From IMG/VR virus record IMGVR_UViG_3300031688_000007, positions 7,215-71,214 of that record: a stretch of 64,000 bases of DNA, one strand, 5' to 3'. Every line of letters begins with the position of its first letter. Position 1 is the first letter of the stretch. Both the position numbers and the translations under genes were made by a program. The stretch is from a virus. Shown here one piece after another: positions 31,598 to 41,050 of the stretch. The notes beneath the pieces were generated by a model that was not told the origin of the DNA, ran no database searches, and worked only from the letters and a program-made list of their open reading frames with translations.

Positions 31598-32792
31598 GTG
31601 AATCCCCCAATACGTTTGGCCCGATTTTAACATCATTCAGCTCCTTTATCCCAACCTTATGTCGGATATATTCGCCGTACTTACTGTGTAGAACTACGCA
31701 GGTCATAGATCGGTCTGATCCATAGCCTGACTCGGCGTGCCAGTTATCCACCGGACTTAATACGTTCCAACTCTCCACAATCATACCACCAATTTCTTTG
31801 GCGGTCTTGTGATGTATGTGACCCATCCAACAGAAGCGGTGGTCAGTGTCACCCCACTGCTTAGACATCGTCCGTGTGACGTGCTCATAGACCCTTTGAG
31901 GGGTCATACGGTCACCGTGGTGTGTCACTATAAGGTTTGATCCAAACGTATAAGACACGTACTTAGATACATTCTCTAGCACCTCTACACGGGGCTCGTC
32001 CTCGTATAGAGCTTTAATCATAATATTCAATGATAGGGCAGCATCTCTGTCGTGGTTACCACGAGCATTTAGGATAACTACCTTCTCATGTTTCTCTAGC
32101 ATCATGTTAATCATGAGGCGTAGTAGAGAGCCTGCTGCTTCATATGCTCTACTGAAGTGACCATCTACATCTAGAATGTTACCACTCTGGGTCATGTTGG
32201 TAGCATCGTTTGCATGGAGGAAGTCCCCTAAGTTAACGAGCATACCAGTAGTAGCATCAACACCTCTAGCAATGAGGGTATGGGTAGCATCTATTAAGAT
32301 GGATTTAGCCTTCTCAATATCATAATCTGCACCCCCGGTGATGGCAGCGTGAGCCAACATACCTAAGTGGTGGTCTCCAATGACATAACAGGACATAAGG
32401 TCACTATCAGTATCAGTGGGTTTAGTAATAATTGTATGCTTACCTTTTAGATCCTCTGCAAGTCCTTCTACAAACGATTTAATGGCCTCAGCTTCTGCAC
32501 CTTTCTTAAGGTCTGTCTTGACCCATTGACGGGATAGGTTACCGTTCTCATCGTAGTAACTACTTACGCCCTTGACGATATGTGTGTCAGGCGCTGTATG
32601 AACCATATCATGTGTGGGTGAATACCCTTGCCTTGCTGCTTTAGAGTTAACCCTTAATAAGCAGGAAGCTACTGTGCTTGGAGAGATACCTAATTGCTTT
32701 GCTGCTAACCTCTGACTGTTCGTTGCTATGAGTGCGTCTAGTATCTCCATCTGCCTAGGAGATGCCCATTCCTTGAGTGCTGTGTAATTCAT
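31587..32792 (-). CDS. HTH + calcineurin-like metallophosphoesterase
   Basis: N-terminal HTH (QRLAAKQLGISPSTV); GDHH, LGDFLH, GNHD, HHGD, GHIH motifs. Confidence 0.85.
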   Translation of the reverse strand: MNYTALKEWASPRQMEILDALIATNSQRLAAKQLGISPSTVASCLLRVNSKAARQGYSPTHDMVHTAPDTHIVKGVSSYYDENGNLSRQWVKTDLKKGAEAEAIKSFVEGLAEDLKGKHTIITKPTDTDSDLMSCYVIGDHHLGMLAHAAITGGADYDIEKAKSILIDATHTLIARGVDATTGMLVNLGDFLHANDATNMTQSGNILDVDGHFSRAYEAAGSLLRLMINMMLEKHEKVVILNARGNHDRDAALSLNIMIKALYEDEPRVEVLENVSKYVSYTFGSNLIVTHHGDRMTPQRVYEHVTRTMSKQWGDTDHRFCWMGHIHHKTAKEIGGMIVESWNVLSPVDNWHAESGYGSDRSMTCVVLHSKYGEYIRHKVGIKELNDVKIGPNVLGDSHGS

Positions 32793-32845
32793 AATCGTCT
32801 AATAACCCAGTTACTATTAATAGTAAATATAATTAATGTATAGTT

Positions 32846-32874
32846 ATTATACATATAGAGTACCTTATGTCCAA
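32846..32874 (-). promoter_or_regulatory. putative sigma70-type promoter for lysis cassette
   Basis: Minus strand TTGGAC-N17-TATAAT in AT-rich intergenic gap. Confidence 0.5.
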
Positions 32875-32883
32875 ATTTTGGCA

Positions 32884-33447
32884 CTAGTTGGCTAGTGGAT
32901 TGTCCAATGCTCTCTGCAGCTTCTTATTCAGTCTAGTCTCCATATCAGTAATCTTACGCTCTACATCCTCTCGAATAGTGTCTGACTTCTGCACATAATC
33001 CTTCTGCAACTGATCACGTTTACTCTCAAATCTGCCTTCAGCAGTGTCTATGGTAGCCCTAACGTCAGTCTCAATACCTGATATGTCGTCTTCTACCTTA
33101 TCTATGATCTTCTCTTGACGGTCAATATCGTCACGTACAGATTGCTTTAAGTCCTTTATGGTAACGTACTGCTTCTCTGAGTTCTCTTTGATTAAGGTTA
33201 TCTCATCCTTAACTAGTACAATACCCCTGTCTATAACAGCGAACTTGTTCTCCATGATAGCAATACGCTTATCGTAATCTGAGAGGTCTGGAGTAACGAA
33301 CTCATTGATCCTAGCTTCCATACTCAGGTAGCGCTGATACGCCTCAAAACCACCATACAGTCCACCTACGATGGTACCAATAAGTGGTACTATGAGTAGC
33401 AGCTTACTACCACCTAACTTAACTCCACCGTACTCTATCTCTGCCAT
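32884..33447 (-). CDS. N-terminal TM-anchored coiled-coil protein
   Basis: KLLLIVPLIGTIVGGLYGGF then ~140 aa heptad-rich helix. Confidence 0.75.
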   Translation of the reverse strand: MAEIEYGGVKLGGSKLLLIVPLIGTIVGGLYGGFEAYQRYLSMEARINEFVTPDLSDYDKRIAIMENKFAVIDRGIVLVKDEITLIKENSEKQYVTIKDLKQSVRDDIDRQEKIIDKVEDDISGIETDVRATIDTAEGRFESKRDQLQKDYVQKSDTIREDVERKITDMETRLNKKLQRALDNPLAN

Positions 33448-33448
33448 A

Positions 33449-33868
33449 CTATCCGTCCAGCTGTAATCGTCTAAGTGCGTTTAGTTCAGTCTCTAGCTTC
33501 ATGATCTCAAGACGCTTCTTGTGTAGTTCTAATAGGTACAACGTATTACAGTTGATCCTTTCCTCAGGTGCATTCAAAGGCATGATAATCCTAGCGTACA
33601 CTCCAAGGTCTTTAGACTTAGGAGAGGAGTTAGATGAGTCAAATATGCTAGTAGCATTGTTAATGATACCTGTCATACCGAACTCTAGGTTGATGGTTCC
33701 ACCTATAGCGTTAGAGCAATCCAGGTCACCTGCTTTAAACTTATCTGACTGATAGTTGTTACCACTGCTAGGTAGTTGCAGAGAAAGTGAATTACTCGCA
33801 AGTACAGTAGTGCTGAGCATCAGTAGTCCCAGAAAAACAGCATATGCCAGAAGTATGAGCTTACCCAT
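33449..33868 (-). CDS. exported protein with Cys pair, amphipathic beta strands and C-terminal coiled coil
   Basis: Signal peptide ...TTVLA|S; LDCS, INLEFG, LGVYARIIMPL, INCNTLY. Confidence 0.75.
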   Translation of the reverse strand: MGKLILLAYAVFLGLLMLSTTVLASNSLSLQLPSSGNNYQSDKFKAGDLDCSNAIGGTINLEFGMTGIINNATSIFDSSNSSPKSKDLGVYARIIMPLNAPEERINCNTLYLLELHKKRLEIMKLETELNALRRLQLDG

Positions 33869-34242
33869 TACTTAACTCTCGAACATATCTTTGATGACAC
33901 CGTAGTACCATATTGTAGTTGTGACACAGAGCATATGTACTCAACAGAATCTAATGACAGCTGACTTACATACACGTCAAACGATACTGTATCTAAGTAC
34001 CTCATAGAGATCACCGTATATTGTGATACGAATGGGATAGGCTCCCACTCATCTGTAAATACCCCTATCTCATAGTACGAGACATCCTTTCTCTTGTTGA
34101 ATATCTCCAACGTAGTGACGGATATACCCACCATAAACGATTGTTCAAAGGTAGGGTATGTAGGTGTCATGTCATGTGAATACACAGGGGTACTGAGTGT
34201 AACCATTATGAGAGACAACAGTACTCTAATATTATTTAGCAA
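33868..34242 (-). CDS. exported Ig-fold pilus-chaperone-like protein
   Basis: Probable TTG start at 34242 giving signal peptide ..TPVYS|H; MTP.YP, LEIFN..K..SYYEI.V reminiscent of PapD_N; two C-terminal Cys. Confidence 0.55.
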   Translation of the reverse strand: MLNNIRVLLSLIMVTLSTPVYSHDMTPTYPTFEQSFMVGISVTTLEIFNKRKDVSYYEIGVFTDEWEPIPFVSQYTVISMRYLDTVSFDVYVSQLSLDSVEYICSVSQLQYGTTVSSKICSRVK

Positions 34243-34729
34243 TACACTCAGCCAATACAAGTGCCGTGTAGCTACCACCAGGGAATGACTTACTGCCACC
34301 GTACACTGCAGATGCTTCAGAAGAGAACCATGTAGATCCAGCGATAGTCAGGTCGTACTGGGTAGTAGAACCGTATAGTATCTTACCTGTCTCATACGCA
34401 GCCATACCAGCATCAGTAGTTTTAGTAACTGTTGTAGAACCAGTCCATGTTACCGCATCATTTAATGTAGGGCTTGAGCTGAACGCAGTAGGCGTAGTTA
34501 CCTTAGCTGTGTATGAATCAGCCAGAGTTACGTCATATCGCACAACAGGAACAACACCACCGTCAGCAGAAGCTGTACTTAGTTTACCGGGTAATGGGTT
34601 ACCAAATACACCGTTAGTGTCAGTTGTGATAAGACACCTAGTCTGAACATTACCCACTATTGGGGTCTCTGTTGCATACGCTGGTGAGCAAGCTGTAAGT
34701 GCTACGCTTAATACTATTAACTTCTTCAT
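34232..34729 (-). CDS. exported fimbrial-subunit-like protein
   Basis: Signal MKKLIVLSVALTACSPAYA|T; G.V..RC.I near N-terminus, GG.YTA.V..EC near C-terminus; Thr/Gly/Ser beta-rich, 165 aa. Confidence 0.6.
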   Translation of the reverse strand: MKKLIVLSVALTACSPAYATETPIVGNVQTRCLITTDTNGVFGNPLPGKLSTASADGGVVPVVRYDVTLADSYTAKVTTPTAFSSSPTLNDAVTWTGSTTVTKTTDAGMAAYETGKILYGSTTQYDLTIAGSTWFSSEASAVYGGSKSFPGGSYTALVLAECIAK

Positions 34730-34732
34730 ACG

Positions 34733-35593
34733 TTATTCCTTTGGTTCATACTGCATACCCACCATCTTGGTGTGTAATATTTGCTGTGCCAGTCCTGCTC
34801 TAGCGCCTTTCTTGTTATCAGGCAGGTTACCTCCATCGAGAACAACTGTCTCTTTGTAGACACCACCTGCTAACTTCTTATCGTAATATGGATTCATGTT
34901 ACTGCTTCTAGTTAAAGCATACATTAATAGGTTTTGGGATATAACGTTAGCAGAGAGTGCTGAATCATCCACACTGCTTAGTATCTTCTCTAATCTATCA
35001 CTGTCTTCATCCTCGTCCTGCTTTTCATCTTCTTCCAGATCTGCCTTCTCTTCCAGCACATCCGTAATATTCTTGTCGTCCATTGGGTCATAGACAGTAT
35101 CATCAATCTTACCCATCATACCTAACACTGCATCAGTGTAACCAGGACATGAAGGATCTGACATAGGGGTTAAACAATCGTTATTATACTTATAGCTATA
35201 AACTACATTAGCATCTACCACTGATCCAGTCCCTTCAACATCTATAGAACCATCACCCCATAACTCTATAGGTAGGTTATCTATGATGAAACCCTTTGTA
35301 ATAGGTATACCTCCTGGTAACCCACTCCAATCATCTGTCTCAGAGAAGATGTAACCTCCTCCTACTTTCTTATTCCTAACATGGACTACCATGTCGTCTT
35401 CTGTATTTTTAACAGGTGTGTACTGGTAGAACACTCCGTTAATTCGTAGACCTCTAGTATTACCTGGGCCTATACCATTCATACCCCACGTATGGCCTGC
35501 TCCTGCCATGTTACCGCTAATCCCATACAGATACTCACTGTGAGCACTTGTAGCGTAGAGAGCTAGCAAGGCTACAGCAATTAGCTTCTTCAT
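34733..35593 (-). CDS. exported protein with beta domain, Cys motif and acidic linker
   Basis: Signal MKKLIAVALLALYATSAHS|E; CLTPMSDPSCPGY; D/E tract. Confidence 0.75.
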   Translation of the reverse strand: MKKLIAVALLALYATSAHSEYLYGISGNMAGAGHTWGMNGIGPGNTRGLRINGVFYQYTPVKNTEDDMVVHVRNKKVGGGYIFSETDDWSGLPGGIPITKGFIIDNLPIELWGDGSIDVEGTGSVVDANVVYSYKYNNDCLTPMSDPSCPGYTDAVLGMMGKIDDTVYDPMDDKNITDVLEEKADLEEDEKQDEDEDSDRLEKILSSVDDSALSANVISQNLLMYALTRSSNMNPYYDKKLAGGVYKETVVLDGGNLPDNKKGARAGLAQQILHTKMVGMQYEPKE

Positions 35594-36117
35594 AAGAGTA
35601 GCAACAATCCTAGTAGAGATCCACCTAAGCCAAGAAGGAACCTTTTGGTACCATCCTCTTCCATTGCTTCTTCTTTAGGTATTGCACCCTCATCGTTCTC
35701 CCAAGCTATCTTAGCATCAGTACCTATAATACCGTTATAAGGGCAAGGAGTACCTGCCATTATCATAGCATCAAAGACCCTAAGGTCTTGGCATAGGACT
35801 GATACTGCAGCTACTTTCATACCCATATCGTATAAGGTCTTTGCATTTTTCAATCGTTCACAGTTAAGGTCACGAGTTGTAGTACCTGCTGAGATACCTA
35901 GGATCTGGGTTTGAACTGCACCTGCCACTCCGACTGTACATGAGTCAGAGTTACTACCACCAAGGGACGGTGATATGGCAGAAGGAGGAGGCGACTTAAG
36001 TGTAGTAGTTACTTCACCTGTAGTGTGAACTGTACTCTTAGTAGTAGAGTCAGTCACGATAGGCTCAGCATGAGCCAGTACAGGTAATAGCAAGACTAAC
36101 CATATCGCCTTACGCAT
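35590..36117 (-). CDS. exported Cys-rich protein with C-terminal membrane anchor
   Basis: Signal MRKAIWLVLLLPVLAHA|E; PPPSAISP, AVQTQILGIS.G, NCERLK, LCQD.RVFDAM..AGTPCP; hydrophobic C-terminus. Confidence 0.75.
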   Translation of the reverse strand: MRKAIWLVLLLPVLAHAEPIVTDSTTKSTVHTTGEVTTTLKSPPPSAISPSLGGSNSDSCTVGVAGAVQTQILGISAGTTTRDLNCERLKNAKTLYDMGMKVAAVSVLCQDLRVFDAMIMAGTPCPYNGIIGTDAKIAWENDEGAIPKEEAMEEDGTKRFLLGLGGSLLGLLLLL

Positions 36118-36338
36118 TATGCAGCTACTTCTTCAGGTACGGCTAACAGAGCGTGTTCAAGCATACGAACAAACGCATCCTTACCTACGGTCAGCTGATC
36201 TAAATTGAACTGAGTAGAGTTGATCTTACGATCAAGGTCTGCACAATGATTGACCATAGCCTGTTGCTCTGGTGTCATATCTTCAAATACATATTCAACA
36301 TCGTTTACTGTAATGGGAGTTGTTTTTTTCTCGCCCAT
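36117..36338 (-). CDS. hypothetical protein (small coiled coil)
   Basis: 73 aa, GAGGA RBS, stop overlaps start of next gene. Confidence 0.7.
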   Translation of the reverse strand: MGEKKTTPITVNDVEYVFEDMTPEQQAMVNHCADLDRKINSTQFNLDQLTVGKDAFVRMLEHALLAVPEEVAA

Positions 36339-36377
36339 GGGTAAATCCTCTTAATTAAGTTTAACTTCTAGTTACTA

Positions 36378-36704
36378 CTAAGCTGTAAACGGGGTATCCC
36401 AAGCTGTGGGAGGTGTTTGCGACTTTGTAATTTGTGTGGCTACCTTACCTTCTACACGGGTCACTTCTGCTGCGCCTAGAGTGGAGTGAACCCAACCTAG
36501 TACAGTAGCTTCTGTGAGGGCTGCATAGGCAGTATATCCTGCTGCTGAGGCATCAGGAGTATAAGACTCCATACCTGATACAGCTCCTGTATGGTCAACA
36601 CCATCTACGGTTGTAGTATCTGATGCTGTCCAAGCTGCGTTAATTACGCCCTTGTCTGCATCTGTGTTGTGTTCTACGTTGGTGATCTTCCAAGTTACTG
36701 GCAT
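36378..36704 (-). CDS. tail fibre-associated small protein
   Basis: TWKI..., Y..LTEATVLGWV pattern common beside phage fibre genes. Confidence 0.6.
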   Translation of the reverse strand: MPVTWKITNVEHNTDADKGVINAAWTASDTTTVDGVDHTGAVSGMESYTPDASAAGYTAYAALTEATVLGWVHSTLGAAEVTRVEGKVATQITKSQTPPTAWDTPFTA

Positions 36705-36730
36705 AACTGTGTTCCTTTATGGTTAAATTG

Positions 36731-36937
36731 TTACTCACCTAAGTCTGGCGGTGCTTGTTGTGGTGTATGTGTACTAGCGATAACATTGTCTACCAACGTG
36801 TAAGTGTAGTCCCAATCCAATGGGGGTCCTACCACTGCAGTTAGAGATCTTGCTTCAATATCTGACTCATGACCTGCCGTGTCATTACAGGTTAGCGCAA
36901 GGCTTCCGTCTGGTAAAAATAAATAATATTCTATCAT
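36731..36937 (-). CDS. hypothetical protein, probable fibre chaperone
   Basis: 68 aa coupled (ATGA) to 547-aa fibre gene. Confidence 0.55.
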   Translation of the reverse strand: MIEYYLFLPDGSLALTCNDTAGHESDIEARSLTAVVGPPLDWDYTYTLVDNVIASTHTPQQAPPDLGE

Positions 36938-38577
36938 GCTATTAAGTTACTCCCTTCTACAATTATGTACCACATACCACCGCCATTATAAGTTCCAGCG
37001 TATTTTGATATTGTTATATTGTCAGTGTCAACACGACCTATAACCCAACCACCTGAAGTTCCACTTGTGTGGTTCTGTACAAACACTGAATGTAGCCCGC
37101 CAGAACCATTGCCATATGTCCCTTCATGCACAGCTCCATAACTTGTCATGATACCATAGTGCTGCATAGCACATCTTATATTCATACTGGACGCATTTGA
37201 GTGATTAACTGTAACCGAGACTGTTCCGTTACCTGCAATGTTGCCTGAGTACACTCTACGACCTACGCCATTTTGAGTGAACTGGTGGTTACCTATTATA
37301 GCTATACCGCCGCCCTCAACCTCAAGCCTTTCCGCTGGTGATGTAGTACCAATACCAACATTACCACCAAACGGACTTAACGCTAAATCCCAGTTAGCTG
37401 TAGCAGGTCCATTGGTTACTTGTAAACCTACACCATTACCTCCATTGACTTGTGCAACTAAAAGGTTTGTGCTGTTAGTTGCGTTTGGTTGGAGTTTTAA
37501 TACTGCTTCTGAAAGCATGCTAGCTTTATCTGTGGCGTTACCGCCAGCTGAATTGTACACGTGTAGTTTAGCTGCGGGTGATCCAGTACCAACACCGACA
37601 CCGCCATCTGAACCCTGAACGAACAGCGCGTGAGTGGCGGTGTCCGATTCAACGCGGAAGTCTAAGGTACCACCACTGTCATTAACAACTAGTTCGTTTA
37701 TTCCATACGTTAAGTAGTTATAAATAGCTGCTGTGTTATCTATGTCCAACACTGTATCTACAACACATCCCGTCCAAGAGTTGTTCGCAACGACACGTCT
37801 TCCTCTGGTAGTAAGGAATGAGTTGTTTGCACCTGAGTCAAAATGTGTCTGGTTAAGCCGCTTTGTATCACCTACTGCAGCTCCAACTTCACCTCCCATT
37901 ACAACAAGAGGTGCTGTACCTGCACTGCCACCGGGTGTTCCACCAATGCGTACCCTATCCGTACTAGCATCAACGAATAACATGTGAGTGTTTGCATTAG
38001 ACTCAACTCTAAAGTCAGCATCTACTCCACCTTCGTTGAAGACTGCATGACCCCCTGTAGAAGGGCTTGTTACGAGAGCACCTGCAGTGCTAACGCTTAG
38101 TACTTCACCTGTTCCATCTGAATCCTCTAAGGCAAGCTTATGGGTAGACTGATAGTTTTTCCAAGTCCAACTTCCTGTATTAGAACCCACCTGTAAGTAA
38201 GCGTTCCCTGCACCGCCTTGAATTGAAAGCCCATCGTCACCCACTATAGTACCCGCAACATTTATTGCTGCACCGAACGTAGCGCCTACATTAAACGTAG
38301 TTGCACCAGTTACAGTACCACCAGCTTTAGGCAAGGCACTACCTGCTGTAGTAGTAGTAGATGTTAGTACTGAGTCACGAGCAGCTATATCAACACCATC
38401 AACAGTCCCAGGTAATGATAAGTTACCAGAACTATCCACAGTCAACTGCTCTTGGTTAGCTATACCTAAGTCAGTACGGCCTACTGAACCCTTACGTGCA
38501 GAGTGAGCATCAACCTTACTAGCCTTGACTTCACCATCAGCACTTAATAGATCTGCTAAAAATCTTGCCTTAGACAT
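36934..38577 (-). CDS. tail fibre / receptor-binding protein
   Basis: GNVGIGTTSP repeats, duplicated N..G...DFRVES...H.LFV module. Confidence 0.8.
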   Translation of the reverse strand: MSKARFLADLLSADGEVKASKVDAHSARKGSVGRTDLGIANQEQLTVDSSGNLSLPGTVDGVDIAARDSVLTSTTTTAGSALPKAGGTVTGATTFNVGATFGAAINVAGTIVGDDGLSIQGGAGNAYLQVGSNTGSWTWKNYQSTHKLALEDSDGTGEVLSVSTAGALVTSPSTGGHAVFNEGGVDADFRVESNANTHMLFVDASTDRVRIGGTPGGSAGTAPLVVMGGEVGAAVGDTKRLNQTHFDSGANNSFLTTRGRRVVANNSWTGCVVDTVLDIDNTAAIYNYLTYGINELVVNDSGGTLDFRVESDTATHALFVQGSDGGVGVGTGSPAAKLHVYNSAGGNATDKASMLSEAVLKLQPNATNSTNLLVAQVNGGNGVGLQVTNGPATANWDLALSPFGGNVGIGTTSPAERLEVEGGGIAIIGNHQFTQNGVGRRVYSGNIAGNGTVSVTVNHSNASSMNIRCAMQHYGIMTSYGAVHEGTYGNGSGGLHSVFVQNHTSGTSGGWVIGRVDTDNITISKYAGTYNGGGMWYIIVEGSNLIA

Positions 38578-38580
38578 TGA

Positions 38581-38847
38581 CTACTCTCCTTCTAGTGCTG
38601 CGTCAGATTCTATCTGACGTTCCGCTGCGGACTGAATATCGGCTGCTAAGACTACTGCTTCTTTATCTGCTGGTATAGAGGTAATAGCAGGGTCAGCTGT
38701 CATCCTAGCCACCTCTGCATCATAAATCTCATCCATAGCAATTCTGCATCGGTTGTGTACTGCGTTCTCTGCCCATTCTTGTGGGGAGGCTGCAACAAAG
38801 GCTAATGCTTTCTCTTGTGATGCTGATAGTGTAATTGTGATGTTCAT
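38581..38847 (-). CDS. small fibre-associated protein
   Basis: 88 aa, W.ENA..NR.RIA.DEI; follows C1q-fibre gene. Confidence 0.6.
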   Translation of the reverse strand: MNITITLSASQEKALAFVAASPQEWAENAVHNRCRIAMDEIYDAEVARMTADPAITSIPADKEAVVLAADIQSAAERQIESDAALEGE

Positions 38848-38863
38848 TGTTTGTTTTCCTTTA

Positions 38864-41050
38864 TTAACCTATTAAGTGCCCTGAGAAGCTAGACCTATTA
38901 CCTTCAAGGTAGGGCGACCCACTATTGTATCCTGTGGCCAGCTCTATATAGTCACCCACATCTAGATATACAATTAATGATGTGTGGAGAAAGTCATACT
39001 CCCCCGCAGTTGCTGGTAAGTGTCTCCAAGACCCATATACTTTGGAATGTCCTTGGGATCCATTATATTTAAAGCCCATGTAGAAGTAATTGGTCACCGA
39101 GTGCGTGATACCACCACCCTCAAAATGATAACTACCAGCTACAGGCGCAGTAAATCTAGATCCGTTGAAGTGGCCACCAACGTTTGATCTTATTGTGAAA
39201 GGTACTGGCACGTACGATCCATACGATGTATTGTTCGCTTTATTGGAGCTGAAGCTTGGTTGGTATGGTTTGGTTACTATGCCATCGGAACTTATTCTCA
39301 TGCGTTCCGAGTAGGATAATGCTCTAGCATCACCTTCACGCCCCATGTCATTAGTCGAGTATTCAAATACAAGGTCACCTTTATGGGTAGTCTTGTAGCG
39401 GGTACCCACATTCCACGCTCGTTCTGTAGAGCCTACGTCCACAGATAGGTACATGGAGGAACCGTAGTAGTTCGTTATAGGGTTTTTACCTAACTGAATA
39501 GTACGCCCACTTTTTCGTATGTCCATACTTAGGGCAGGTAAACCAGTCCCAATACCCACGTTGCCAGATGAGTCTATTCTCATGCGTTCTGAGCCTACAG
39601 TGTGTAACTGTAAATTACCCGCCCCCCCTCGAATCCTCTCGCTATAATCCGTATCATCAGTGTCCTTGAAATCAATCCAACTATCCACACCAGCAGCAGA
39701 CACCATTTCCATCATGCCGTAGGAACTGTTATACATGCCTAAATGGACACCCTTTGCTGCCTGCCCGTTCTCCGCAGCTCCTGCCACATGAAGAGCTGAT
39801 TCTGGAGTACTAGTACCAATACCCAAGCTCTCAGCCGAAGCATCCCAGAATAACTTAGCGTTACCTGAGTCATCGTAGAGGCTAACGTCACCAAGTCCGT
39901 TAACTGTTAAGCTATTACCATAGAAGCCTTTTACATTCATAGCTCCTGCTGCTGTCAGGTTACTGCTTTGTGCAGAGTTATCTACTGTTAAGGCGTATGT
40001 GTTAGCACTTCTTGAAGTTTCACGCCCTGTTATGTTCAAACCCGTAGTAGCTGCTAACCATTGTAGTGACGGAGTTGTGCCTGTGTCTTCGTAGAATGAT
40101 ATGTCTCCGTTGTTGGCTATTTTAAGTCTATCGTTTCCCACGGTACTGAGTGTCAATGACGCGGCACTAAGGTCTGTTTCTATTTTAGTCTTAGGGAAAG
40201 ATGAAGTAGCTACGAAGTCTATGGAAGCCACACCATTACCTGTGTTCTCGCTTACCGTAATCTTTGAAGTAGTACCTGTCTCAACAACCAACCCATCAGC
40301 CGTTACAGTGCCACTAATATCGACACCGATGGATGTGGTGGCTAGTTTTTGTGCGCTGTCATGGTATAAATTTACTGAGCCGTTAGTATTAGCCTCTACC
40401 ATCCACTCAAAAGATGGCGAACTACTAGCTAATCCAACCTTAGCCCCATTAGATTGTAAAACTAAGTCACCATCACCAATCTCAGTAATGTATGAGTTAC
40501 TCCCATCATGGTAAATCTCTAAATCCCCACCAGTACCAAACTTAGCCTTGACGTTATCACCATGTAGGGTGTCGCCTGTCATAGTGCCGCCAGCTAGTGG
40601 CAGTTTAGTAGCTATACTATTAGTAACCGTAGTAGAGAAGTTAGCATCATCACCAAGAGCAGCAGCTAACTCGTTAAGAGTATCTAGAGCTGCAGGAGAT
40701 GAGTCTACTAGAGCATTTACCGCATTAGTCACTAGTGTATCAGAGGCTGCCTTAGTGTAATGAGCAGCATCAGATTCTGTCTTACTATAGTGATCAGCTA
40801 ATACAAAGGTCTTAAGTGAGATTACTGTAACTTCGTCATCCAAAGATAATGCTATTCCAAAGGTAATACTATTACCGTTAGTAGCAGTGTAGTCTGTGAC
40901 ATCGGTGAGGATGATACCGTTTACCCTGACTTCCACAAAGGTAGATACATAGCTAAGACCTGTCTTAACCGTCTGTCCTGCTGTAGCCAAGAAGGAGACC
41001 TTCTCTTGCGTCTTACGACTTAGCTTGGCACTTCTACCTAAGTAGCTCAT
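38864..41050 (-). CDS. tail fibre with C-terminal C1q-like domain
   Basis: LDTLNELAAALGDD, ERMRIDSSGNVGIGT repeats, P.F...FTAPVAG.Y.F ... L.VGDYI ... FSGHLIG C1q signature. Confidence 0.85.
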   Translation of the reverse strand: MSYLGRSAKLSRKTQEKVSFLATAGQTVKTGLSYVSTFVEVRVNGIILTDVTDYTATNGNSITFGIALSLDDEVTVISLKTFVLADHYSKTESDAAHYTKAASDTLVTNAVNALVDSSPAALDTLNELAAALGDDANFSTTVTNSIATKLPLAGGTMTGDTLHGDNVKAKFGTGGDLEIYHDGSNSYITEIGDGDLVLQSNGAKVGLASSSPSFEWMVEANTNGSVNLYHDSAQKLATTSIGVDISGTVTADGLVVETGTTSKITVSENTGNGVASIDFVATSSFPKTKIETDLSAASLTLSTVGNDRLKIANNGDISFYEDTGTTPSLQWLAATTGLNITGRETSRSANTYALTVDNSAQSSNLTAAGAMNVKGFYGNSLTVNGLGDVSLYDDSGNAKLFWDASAESLGIGTSTPESALHVAGAAENGQAAKGVHLGMYNSSYGMMEMVSAAGVDSWIDFKDTDDTDYSERIRGGAGNLQLHTVGSERMRIDSSGNVGIGTGLPALSMDIRKSGRTIQLGKNPITNYYGSSMYLSVDVGSTERAWNVGTRYKTTHKGDLVFEYSTNDMGREGDARALSYSERMRISSDGIVTKPYQPSFSSNKANNTSYGSYVPVPFTIRSNVGGHFNGSRFTAPVAGSYHFEGGGITHSVTNYFYMGFKYNGSQGHSKVYGSWRHLPATAGEYDFLHTSLIVYLDVGDYIELATGYNSGSPYLEGNRSSFSGHLIG

